Made by a program: the position numbers and the translations under genes. Shown here piece after piece: positions 56,201 through 64,000 of a DNA stretch of 64,000 nucleotides (positions are counted from its first letter, which is position 1; each line of letters starts with the position of its first letter). Source of the stretch: Anaerolineales bacterium (GTDB lineage Bacteria > Chloroflexota > Anaerolineae > Anaerolineales > E44-bin32); contig DAOUEL010000019.1 in the NCBI GenBank assembly GCA_034430595.1, positions 14,040 through 78,039 on the forward strand, read 5' to 3'. The notes under the pieces are model-generated. The model worked only from the letters and a program-made list of their open reading frames with translations. It was not told where the DNA came from and did not search any database.

Positions 56201-58540
56201 TCAGTTTCCGGCTGTGGCAGAATCTCCGACTGGCTGTTCAGCAAGCGGGAGCAGAAGCGTAAATTTAGCGCCTCCCTCGGGAGCGTTCTCGACCCAGATC
56301 CGGCCTCCCATCGCCTCGGTGAGCGAGCGGACGATCGAGAGACCGACCCCGTCATCACCGATTCCGGGAATGTTACCCAGGGTCGGGTAGTGGGCGTCGA
56401 AAACTTTCGGGATCGCATCGGGGGGAATGCCCGGTCCATTATCATTGACCCACAGGCTGAGAAATCCAGACTGTTCTTCACTTGCGATTCGGGCTCCAAT
56501 CTGGATTTCGCCGCCCTCATTCGCGGCACCGATGGCATTGTTCAGCAGATGAATCAGGATCTGGTAGGTGGCATCCGGATCCCCCAGGATGCGGGGCAAG
56601 GCCTTGCCCAGGTTCACGCGCAGGTTGATACCCTTCCGTCCCAGGGCTGGATTAACCTGATTGACGGCGTCTTCAATCGGGAACAACACATCAATGGAGG
56701 TAGGCACGAGGTTCAGGGTGCCGGTCTTGATCGCGGCAAGATTAACCAGGTTCGAAAGCAATATCGCCATCCGTTCGGTGCTGCTGCGGACGTGCTCCAG
56801 GAATTCACGCTGCTTGCGGTTGAGCAGCCCGACGGACTCGTCCAGCAGCAGTTCTGCATAGCCCAGGACGGATGACATTGGCTGCCGCAGGTCGCGTGCC
56901 AGGTCGGCGATGAGTTCGATGTCGTCCGGCTGTATGGTTGATTTGGCGGAGGTGTCTCCGTTGTACTCCATCATCGCCATTCGGGCGCGTGCCGCGGCTA
57001 ACTCCTGGAGCGCTTGCTGCAGTTCGAAGGAGAGTTGTTCAACCTGCTCGGTCTGAGTGGGCGGGACCGGTTCGTCGCGCACCGCCCGCCGCATGCGTTC
57101 CACTTCTGACTCGAGCAGCACGATCGTCTCTTCCGCCAGTTGGTGATTGGTTAAGAATTCGGCCAGTTCATGCCCGGCCTGATCGGTGGCGTTGATCAAC
57201 TGCTCGGTCAGCTTGGCGTTTTCATCGATCAGGCGCTCGACCAATTTGCGTGTGTGCATCAGGTCTGAGCTGAGTTGAGGGCTGGGAAAGTGAGGCTCAC
57301 TCACAGGCTCTTGAACGGCGGCCAGCTGCTCGGCGACGAGCGAAGCCAGGCGGATGAGCACCCGCCGGCTTGATTGTGACCAGCGCTGCCGGGCATAGGG
57401 TGAGAAAAGCAGTATACCGCCCAGTACATCCTCACCATTCGTCAGCGATGCTACCAGAACCGGACCGGTTCGGTCGAGTCCGATTGCTTTACGTAGCGTG
57501 ACCAGGTCCTGTGCTTTGCTGGAATCGGGCAGGATCAACGCATGGCCATTTTTCAAAGCATGCGTGATGACAGGCAGCTCAGCGCTTTCCAGCGCCTGTC
57601 CCTCGATATGTCGCTCACTGATGAGGTCGAATCCAGTGGCAAGAGAGAGGTACCCGCTGGCTTCCGGGGGGGTGAGAAGAAGGGTTAATTCAGCCTTCAT
57701 CGACCTCCCGATACCTTCTACTGCCGCCCGGGCCAGGTCATGCGGGTTCTCCGCCTGCATCACGGCAGCTAAATTGAGGAAGACCTGAGGCAGGAAGGTT
57801 AACTCCTCTTCGGATGGATCAGGACCTCCATTCGGCTTGTTCTCCACTGGTACCGTTATCACCGCCTCACTTCGGAACGTTTGGACGGCACCGACCACCA
57901 GGAGCGGTAGTGACAGCAGCTCTCCCCAGCGCACGAAGGGGGCTTGCGAGCTCTCCGCAGGGCCAAGCCCCAGGTGCAGTGCAAAGCCAAAGGTGAGAAA
58001 CCCAAAACCCGCGGCCAGGATTTTCCAGCCTTTTGGTCGTCGAACCCCGAGCATGATGGCGCTCGCACCGGCCAGCGCTAAACCTGCCAATCCCCAACCC
58101 GCATCGTACAGGCTGCGGTTGAGGCGGTCAGCCCAATTTGGCGGTGAGAGCAAGAAGATTGCTGCCAGGCTGCCGAGCAGTGCGAGCGTAAGCAGAGTTC
58201 CGATCCAGCGTCCTCGCGTGGCATCAGGCCAGAGGGTCTTAAAGCCATGGATCCAGAGAGTTAAAGCTGCCAGCGAGAGGAAGCGGTTGAAGACAGGAAG
58301 CAACACCCGCCCATCGAGGAGCGTGATCCCCACCAGGCCGGCGGTCAAGAAATAGAGCAGTTGGAGCAAGATCAGGATTTCACTGATGCTCCACCACATC
58401 TCAGTAGAACTGAAGGTGCTTTTTGAGTTCGCTGATCGTGCCAGGCCGTACAGTATGCCCAGCGCGAGAATTGAGGCAAGGTGAGCACCCACATCGCTAG
58501 GAATACTGGCGATCAAGTCGATGGCTTCGCGAACAATCAT
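56201..58540 (-). CDS. Polytopic membrane GAF-domain histidine-kinase-like protein with Arg replacing the phospho-acceptor His
   Basis: About 8 TM helices, a GAF-like region, a coiled coil, a DHp with IADLARDLRQPMSSVLGYAELL (consensus SHELRTPL), and an intact HATPase_c (HLLNNAI, DNGPGI, GVGLSIV). Confidence 0.8.
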   Translation of the reverse strand: MIVREAIDLIASIPSDVGAHLASILALGILYGLARSANSKSTFSSTEMWWSISEILILLQLLYFLTAGLVGITLLDGRVLLPVFNRFLSLAALTLWIHGFKTLWPDATRGRWIGTLLTLALLGSLAAIFLLSPPNWADRLNRSLYDAGWGLAGLALAGASAIMLGVRRPKGWKILAAGFGFLTFGFALHLGLGPAESSQAPFVRWGELLSLPLLVVGAVQTFRSEAVITVPVENKPNGGPDPSEEELTFLPQVFLNLAAVMQAENPHDLARAAVEGIGRSMKAELTLLLTPPEASGYLSLATGFDLISERHIEGQALESAELPVITHALKNGHALILPDSSKAQDLVTLRKAIGLDRTGPVLVASLTNGEDVLGGILLFSPYARQRWSQSSRRVLIRLASLVAEQLAAVQEPVSEPHFPSPQLSSDLMHTRKLVERLIDENAKLTEQLINATDQAGHELAEFLTNHQLAEETIVLLESEVERMRRAVRDEPVPPTQTEQVEQLSFELQQALQELAAARARMAMMEYNGDTSAKSTIQPDDIELIADLARDLRQPMSSVLGYAELLLDESVGLLNRKQREFLEHVRSSTERMAILLSNLVNLAAIKTGTLNLVPTSIDVLFPIEDAVNQVNPALGRKGINLRVNLGKALPRILGDPDATYQILIHLLNNAIGAANEGGEIQIGARIASEEQSGFLSLWVNDNGPGIPPDAIPKVFDAHYPTLGNIPGIGDDGVGLSIVRSLTEAMGGRIWVENAPEGGAKFTLLLPLAEQPVGDSATAGN

Positions 58541-58587
58541 TGTCTCTCTTTTCCAGCCCGAGGATATCTCCCCGACCTTCTGGAGGT

Positions 58588-59262
58588 CTAGCAGGCTGCT
58601 GGCGGTTTGAAAAGCGCCGAGAGATTTTCGGCGGCTGACCGGTCCACGACCGCCAGCACTTCATCGTCGGCGTGGAGGGCGGTAATCCCGCGCGGCACGA
58701 TGACTTCCCCGTCCCGGATGATCCCGGCAATGACGCAGTTTTCGGGCAGCTTCAAATCCTTGATCATGATCCCAATTGCCTGAGCATTTGCCGGAACCTT
58801 CTCTTCGACAAGCATGAACTCGCCCCGCCGCAACTTCAAGAGCGGCATCATATCTCCGAGCGACATCTCCTCCTCGATCAGGCGGGCGAGGATGTCGGCT
58901 TGATCCAGCGCAACGTCGATGCCCATCGAGGGATTAAAAAGCCAGGCATACTTCGGGTTGTTAACACGGCCGATCACGCGTGGCACGTTGTACTTTTTCT
59001 TTGCCAGGAAGCCCACTGCCAGGTTGGTCGCATCATCGGGCGTCGCCATGACGAGTACCTGCGCTTCTCCCGCTCCGGCATCCCCCAGGATATCCGGATT
59101 GAGTGGGTCACCGGCATGGATCGATTCGGTCGGAATCTCGCGGTGCAGCTTTTCAAGCACCGCTGCTCGCGAATCCACCAGGCGGACTTTATGCCCCAGT
59201 TCAAGCAACAGTGTTGCAAGGTGTGAGCCAACCCGCCCGCCACCGACGATGATGACGAACAT
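58588..59262 (-). CDS. RCK protein (TrkA_N + TrkA_C; KtrA/CeoC-like)
   Basis: MFVIIVGGGRVGSHLA Rossmann motif and a C-terminal RCK_C. SD AAGGGGAGG. Starts 1 nt after the upstream stop. Confidence 0.85.
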   Translation of the reverse strand: MFVIIVGGGRVGSHLATLLLELGHKVRLVDSRAAVLEKLHREIPTESIHAGDPLNPDILGDAGAGEAQVLVMATPDDATNLAVGFLAKKKYNVPRVIGRVNNPKYAWLFNPSMGIDVALDQADILARLIEEEMSLGDMMPLLKLRRGEFMLVEEKVPANAQAIGIMIKDLKLPENCVIAGIIRDGEVIVPRGITALHADDEVLAVVDRSAAENLSALFKPPAAC

Positions 59263-59263
59263 C

Positions 59264-59917
59264 TCAGGCCTCCCCTTCCAGCAGCTGCGTGAGTTCGGGC
59301 AGCGCGTCATTGACGACCGTCAGCACGACCAGGTCGCCTTCCTCCATAATCAAGTCAGTTGCCGCCATCTGGGCATGCCCGGCGCGAATGACGACCGTCG
59401 GGCTGGAAATGCCTTCTAACTCGAACAGTCCGAGTGACTTTCCAACCAGGTGGTCCGGGACCAGCACCTCGATCAAGCCCAGTTCGCGGTGCCCGAGGCT
59501 GGCCAGTTCGATCAGGCCTGGGTGGGTCAGGAGCTGCTGGATGCGGTGCGCGCTCCACGAGGAGGAGACGACGGTTTGCAGGCCGGCCAGCTTGAAGACT
59601 TCCATATGGATCGGGTCATAGACCCGGGCGACGACGTTTGGCACGTTGTAGATTTCACGTGCTATGCGGGCTGTGACCAGGTTCATTTCATCGCTGGAAG
59701 TGAGCGCCGCCAGGCCGTCTGCTTCTTCGACACCGGCCCGCAGCAGTACGCTTTGCTCGCGGGCATCGCCCTGCAGGGTTCGGCCGTGAAAATCAGACCC
59801 CAGGCGGTGAAAAGCCTCCGGCTCGCGGTCGACGACCACGACCTCATGGTCATCGGCACATACGTCCAGGGCTAGTTCGCTTCCAACCCGCCCACAGCCG
59901 ACGATAATCAGCTTCAT
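59264..59917 (-). CDS. RCK protein (TrkA_N + TrkA_C; KtrA/CeoB-like)
   Basis: MKLIIVGCGRVGSELA Rossmann motif and an RCK_C domain. The ATG overlaps the transporter stop (ATGA). Confidence 0.85.
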   Translation of the reverse strand: MKLIIVGCGRVGSELALDVCADDHEVVVVDREPEAFHRLGSDFHGRTLQGDAREQSVLLRAGVEEADGLAALTSSDEMNLVTARIAREIYNVPNVVARVYDPIHMEVFKLAGLQTVVSSSWSAHRIQQLLTHPGLIELASLGHRELGLIEVLVPDHLVGKSLGLFELEGISSPTVVIRAGHAQMAATDLIMEEGDLVVLTVVNDALPELTQLLEGEA

Positions 59918-61782
59918 GAATTGAGTTCCTCCATCGACGTCTCTCCCAGGTGGTAGGGGACGTCGATAACAATGTACCCTGCTCGAAACAGGAGCGCCAG
60001 GCGCAGCGGCCAGGCGGTCTGGTTGTGGAGCAGGTTCTCCCACCAGTGTTCGGGCACGAATTGCGGCAGGACGATGGTAATCACATCGCCTGGCTGGCGT
60101 TCCTCACCCAATTTGTCGAGGTACTGAATCAAGGGTCCGACGATCGAGCGGTAGGGCGATTTCAGGACTTGCAGCCGCACTCCGTCGCCCCAACGATCCC
60201 AGCGCTGGCGGAGTTTCTCTCCCTCTTCAGGTGAGGTCTCGACATAGACCGCTGTCACGTCCGGTGAGAGCGAGCGGGCAAATTCGAGCGCCTTGATCAC
60301 TCCCCGGTGAACGCCCCCGATAGGCATCACGACACGCGGGTGGCGCAGGCGGGTTGGAGCGCCGTAGTTATCAAGCGACAGGTTTTCGGCCACACCCTCA
60401 TAATGCCGGTGGATGCGGAGCAGGGTCAGCGTGAAGAAACCGATCAACACGAGCACGATCCAGGCTCCGGCTAGGAAGCGGGTGGTGAGAATGATCATAA
60501 GCACGACGAAGGTCGCAGTTCCACCCAACGAATTGATCGCCGCGTTGCGCTGCCAGCCGTGGCTCCGCAGGCGGAACCAGCGCCGCACCATCCCGAACTG
60601 GGAAAGGGTGAACGAGATAAAAACGCCAACAGCATAGAGCGGGAGCAGGCTGTGTGTATCCCCGTTGAAGATCAGGATCAAAACTGACGCCAGGACCCCA
60701 AGCAGGGTGATGCCGTTTGAGAATACCAACCGATCGCCGATGTTTCCCATCTGGCGCGGCATGTAGCCGTCGCGTGCCATGAAGTAGGACAGGCGCGGGA
60801 AATCTGAAAATGCGGTGTTCGCCGCCAGGAGCAGGATCAGAGCGGTCGCGATCTGCACACCGATGTAGAGGGGACCATTGCCGAAGAGCGAGCGGCCGAT
60901 CTGCGATAGTACGGTCTCCGCGTGACTGGGTGCGGCGCCCACCTCATGGGCGAGAAAGGTGAGGCCGAGGAACATCGACGTCAGCAATGTGATCATGACC
61001 AGCAGGGTTTTGCCGGCGTTATCGGCTTCCGGCGCTTTGAAGGCTGGCACGCCATCGCTGATGGCTTCGATTCCTGTCAGCGCGGTGCAGCCGGCAGAGA
61101 AGGCGCGCAAGATGAGGAACGCACCCACGCCCGAAACGGCCAGGTCGGCGTGAATTGGCTCAATCACCTCGACGTCTGGCAGTCCGCCCAGCGTCAACCA
61201 GCGGAAGAAACCGAAGGCCAGCAGCGACAGCATGCCGGCGATGAACAGGTAGGTTGGCACTGCGAAGAAGCTGGCCGATTCGCGCAGGCCGCGCAAGTTC
61301 ATCCAGGTAACGAAGGCGACGGCCAACACCGCCAGGATTGCACGGTAGGAAATCAATCCGGGCAGCCAGGAAGTGATCGCGGCTACTCCGGCGGAGACGC
61401 TTACAGCAACCGTTAATGTGTAATCGATCAACAGCGCAGAACCGGCTACGAGTGAGAAACCGGTGCCAAGGTTATCCTTGGCGACGATGTAGACCCCGCC
61501 GCCCTTCGGATACGCATGGATGGTCTGGTAATAGGAAAAGCCCACCGTGATCAACAGACCCGCGATGGCCAGAGCGATTGGAATGGAAAAGCTGAGCGCG
61601 GCCGTGCTGGCTGCAGCCAGCACAAACAGGATCTCTTCCGTGGCGTATGCGACCGATGAGAGGGCATCCGAGGAGAAGACTGCCAGGGCCTTGACCTTGC
61701 TGATTTTCTCGTGAATCAGCTGTGAGCTGGCGAGCGGATCCCCCAGCAGCAGGCGGCGCAGCGAGAAGGATTGAGAACTCAT
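59914..61782 (-). CDS. APC-superfamily K+/H+ symporter homologue (KimA/YdaO-type) with cytoplasmic C-terminal domain
   Basis: LRRLLLGDPL..KVKALAVFSSDALSSVAYATEEIL..AYPKGGGVYIVAKDNLG..LAANTAFSDFPRL..LLPLYAVGVFISFTLSQ closely parallels B. subtilis KimA as I remember it. Length is 622 aa. Confidence 0.75.
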   Translation of the reverse strand: MSSQSFSLRRLLLGDPLASSQLIHEKISKVKALAVFSSDALSSVAYATEEILFVLAAASTAALSFSIPIALAIAGLLITVGFSYYQTIHAYPKGGGVYIVAKDNLGTGFSLVAGSALLIDYTLTVAVSVSAGVAAITSWLPGLISYRAILAVLAVAFVTWMNLRGLRESASFFAVPTYLFIAGMLSLLAFGFFRWLTLGGLPDVEVIEPIHADLAVSGVGAFLILRAFSAGCTALTGIEAISDGVPAFKAPEADNAGKTLLVMITLLTSMFLGLTFLAHEVGAAPSHAETVLSQIGRSLFGNGPLYIGVQIATALILLLAANTAFSDFPRLSYFMARDGYMPRQMGNIGDRLVFSNGITLLGVLASVLILIFNGDTHSLLPLYAVGVFISFTLSQFGMVRRWFRLRSHGWQRNAAINSLGGTATFVVLMIILTTRFLAGAWIVLVLIGFFTLTLLRIHRHYEGVAENLSLDNYGAPTRLRHPRVVMPIGGVHRGVIKALEFARSLSPDVTAVYVETSPEEGEKLRQRWDRWGDGVRLQVLKSPYRSIVGPLIQYLDKLGEERQPGDVITIVLPQFVPEHWWENLLHNQTAWPLRLALLFRAGYIVIDVPYHLGETSMEELNS

Positions 61783-61843
61783 CGAGTTTCACACATTGGT
61801 TTCGGATATTCCCTTGACGATTTTACACCAGCCGGGGAGCAAG

Positions 61844-63001
61844 CTAGGTTTCGTGTTTGGAGGGGCCTTTCTTCCCGGGATTGGCCAGTTCTGGGGGGGC
61901 TGTGTTGAGACTGGTATTTTCTACTGGATCGGAGGCCGACAGGCTACCGGATTCGGCCTGGAGCACGGAGAGTTCGGCTTCTTCCTCAAGCTGCTTTGCA
62001 TTACTGGGTTTGTAGCCCACGAGCCGGATGGCAAAGAAGCCGTACAGCAGCACGAGCCAGAAAGTAAGGCCGCGGTAGGTCAAGGCGATCCCGGCTGAGG
62101 TAGCCGGGTCAATGCCCATCGCGGTTTGTGCGAGCCCCATGGCGCCTTCCACGAAGCCAACGCCAGAAGGCGTAACCGAGGCGATCGTGAATAGGTAGCC
62201 GACGCAGAAACTTGCGATCAGCGTGCCTGCATCAAATGGCGTGTGAAAGGCGATGGAGACCATGAAGAGGATCAGGGCCATCACCGCCTTGCGCAGCAGG
62301 GCGTAGATTCCGGGGATGATCAGGCTCTTGGGCGAACGGCGGATCTCTCGTAATCCCTCGGCGATCTCGTGGCCGAAACGCTCGCTCTTCGCCCGGTCGA
62401 GCAAGTTCCGCTTCAAGATTGGGCGCAGGATGCGGTTGGCGAGATCGGTCAGCCAGACCAGCACACGCGCCATCCGGTCGACCGAGAGGATGCCGATAAT
62501 GGTAAGCGTAATTACGCTCACGGCAATCGTCACGGCAAACACTGCCGCACCGATCAGCACAGGTGTCATCAGACCACGGCGGATGAGGACCGTGAACCCG
62601 AGCGCCAGCACGATCATAAAGCCAGCGTAATCGTAGACCAGGTAGAGAAAGGAAGCCGTCGAAACTTTGCCGGCCGGTTTACCTCGCCGTTGGCCGTCGG
62701 CGATGAAGACCGCCATCGCGCCCGCACCGTAGCTCGGGGCGATCACGTTGATGAAGTTGCCGGCGGCGGTCAGCGGCACCATGCGGGTCAGTGCCTCATC
62801 GATTCCCATCAAGCGGTAGCAAGCTTGCAGGTTGGCGGCAACCGCAACCAGCCACAAGAACTGCACCACGATTGCCAGCAGCAGCCAACGGCCATCGGCG
62901 CGGCTCATCGTCTCGATGATCAGTTTCAATTCATTGAAATGGCGGATAACGAAATAAAGCGTGAGGCCGAAGATGATGACGTACAGGATGCGTCGGATCA
63001 T
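61844..63001 (-). CDS. UPF0104 / lysylphosphatidylglycerol-synthase-TM-region (flippase-like) membrane protein
   Basis: Eight or more TM helices with the N-terminal pattern typical of the LPG_synthase_TM family (from memory). The C-terminal tail is hydrophilic. Confidence 0.65.
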   Translation of the reverse strand: MIRRILYVIIFGLTLYFVIRHFNELKLIIETMSRADGRWLLLAIVVQFLWLVAVAANLQACYRLMGIDEALTRMVPLTAAGNFINVIAPSYGAGAMAVFIADGQRRGKPAGKVSTASFLYLVYDYAGFMIVLALGFTVLIRRGLMTPVLIGAAVFAVTIAVSVITLTIIGILSVDRMARVLVWLTDLANRILRPILKRNLLDRAKSERFGHEIAEGLREIRRSPKSLIIPGIYALLRKAVMALILFMVSIAFHTPFDAGTLIASFCVGYLFTIASVTPSGVGFVEGAMGLAQTAMGIDPATSAGIALTYRGLTFWLVLLYGFFAIRLVGYKPSNAKQLEEEAELSVLQAESGSLSASDPVENTSLNTAPPELANPGKKGPSKHET

Positions 63002-63010
63002 AGGAGCGCC

Positions 63011-63961
63011 TTAGAGCGGCAGCAGCTCAAAGCTGGAGGGATCGTCAAGATTATAGCCGACGATTCCCGAGTTAATCCGACGCAATAAACCGGTAAGTAC
63101 ATTGCCTGAACCGATCTCGACGTAGGTTTCTACACCAGCTGCGATCATCGTCTCGATCGATTCAGTCCAGCGCACGCGCGACGTGAGCTGGGCCTGAAGA
63201 TCGGCGCGAATCTGGTCGGTATCGGCAAGTACGCTTGCGCGGACGTTGCCAACAACCTTGCTCGATGGGCTGGAGATTTCCACCGCATCAAGTGCCTCGG
63301 TAAACTGCTCCTGGGCTGGTCTCATGAGTGGGGAATGGGCTGCGATGCTGACAGCCAGGCGGATCACACGCCGTGCCCCGGCCTCGTTCAAATACTGGCC
63401 TGCAATCTCAAGCGCGTCGTCGTCGCCCGAGATGACGACCTGGCCAGGGCAGTTATCGTTTGCGACCCAGACGCCTCCCTGTGCGTCGTTGGTGGCTGCT
63501 GCACAGGCATTTTCAACCTGGTCTGCCGTAAGCCCGAGCACGGCGGCCATGCCGCCAGGATGGATTTCCCCTGCCCTCTTCATTGCCCGGCCGCGAGCCG
63601 CGACGAGCTGCAGCGCATCCTCAAACTCCAGCGCACCTGCGGCAACCAGGGCCGCAAATTCACCCAGTGAGTGGCCGGCTGTATAGGCTGGCTGCGCCAG
63701 ATCGGAGTGGCGCACCTTCAGCGTTTCAAGCACAGCTACTGAATGGGTGAGCAATGCCGGCTGAGTATGCAGCGTCTCGTTTAAACGTTCCGCCGGACCA
63801 TGGAAGCACAGTTCCGAAAGGGGATAACCGAGAATCGAATCAGCCCGTTCGAAAATGTGGGCTGCTGCGGGCTCATCTTCTGCCAGGGATAATCCCATGC
63901 CAACAGCCTGGGAGCCCTGGCCCGGGAAGAGAAAAGCCATAGTTTGCGGATGGAGTGTCAT
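63011..63961 (-). CDS. fabD: Malonyl-CoA:ACP transacylase
   Basis: AFLFPGQGSQ and the GHSLGE active-site serine motif. The start is either 63961 (MTLHPQT..) or 63940 (MAFLFPGQGSQ). Confidence 0.9.
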   Translation of the reverse strand: MTLHPQTMAFLFPGQGSQAVGMGLSLAEDEPAAAHIFERADSILGYPLSELCFHGPAERLNETLHTQPALLTHSVAVLETLKVRHSDLAQPAYTAGHSLGEFAALVAAGALEFEDALQLVAARGRAMKRAGEIHPGGMAAVLGLTADQVENACAAATNDAQGGVWVANDNCPGQVVISGDDDALEIAGQYLNEAGARRVIRLAVSIAAHSPLMRPAQEQFTEALDAVEISSPSSKVVGNVRASVLADTDQIRADLQAQLTSRVRWTESIETMIAAGVETYVEIGSGNVLTGLLRRINSGIVGYNLDDPSSFELLPL

Positions 63962-64000
63962 TGGAATCAGAAGGCCGTGCAAGCGCACGGCCCACTTTCA

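Noticed and set aside
61783-61843. Possible c-di-AMP (ydaO/kimA-type) riboswitch upstream of the KimA-like gene.
   Set aside because: The intergenic gap is only 61 bp, far shorter than the riboswitch (well over 100 nt), and no pseudo-two-fold ACGR/CCC motifs were seen.

Overview
This is a high-GC (about 60% by eye), densely coding bacterial chromosomal segment with roughly 60 genes, most of them core housekeeping. It carries secA, add, mutM, comEA, gyrA, a DEAD-box helicase, a nusA-ylxR-infB-rbfA-nrnA-truB-ribF-thyX-like superoperon, purB, era, fabD and one tRNA-Leu(UAA). The protein repertoire (giant SecA, LysM-M23 lipoproteins, a DHH-CBS-CCA fusion, many degenerate signalling proteins) suggests a Chloroflexota-like lineage, but that is inference only. 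I found no CRISPR array, IS element, prophage or recognisable defence island. The content worth a second look is listed here. (1) A minus-strand signalling operon (15.2-19.5 kb) is headed by a cytoplasmic histidine kinase carrying a zinc ribbon and two MshEN-type c-di-GMP-binding motifs, and it ends in an orphan REC-CpaE/TadZ-like protein. (2) A KimA-type K+ transporter gene is translationally coupled to two RCK (TrkA/KtrA-like) genes, with no TrkH/KtrB present. (3) Three overlapping tandem paralogues encode LysM + unknown domain + variant M23 lipoproteins. (4) Several enzymes look catalytically dead: a His-less histidine kinase and a Tyr-less tyrosine-recombinase-like protein. (5) An orphan SPPY DNA methyltransferase is embedded in the era-purB operon. 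(6) A decayed cytidine-deaminase-like remnant lies upstream of era. (7) A 290-bp convergent intergenic region is packed with G-run hairpins and could be an ncRNA or a REP-like element. (8) SecA, GyrA and NusA carry lineage-specific highly charged tails. All calls come from reading the sequence and translations and from remembered family motifs. No database search was run.
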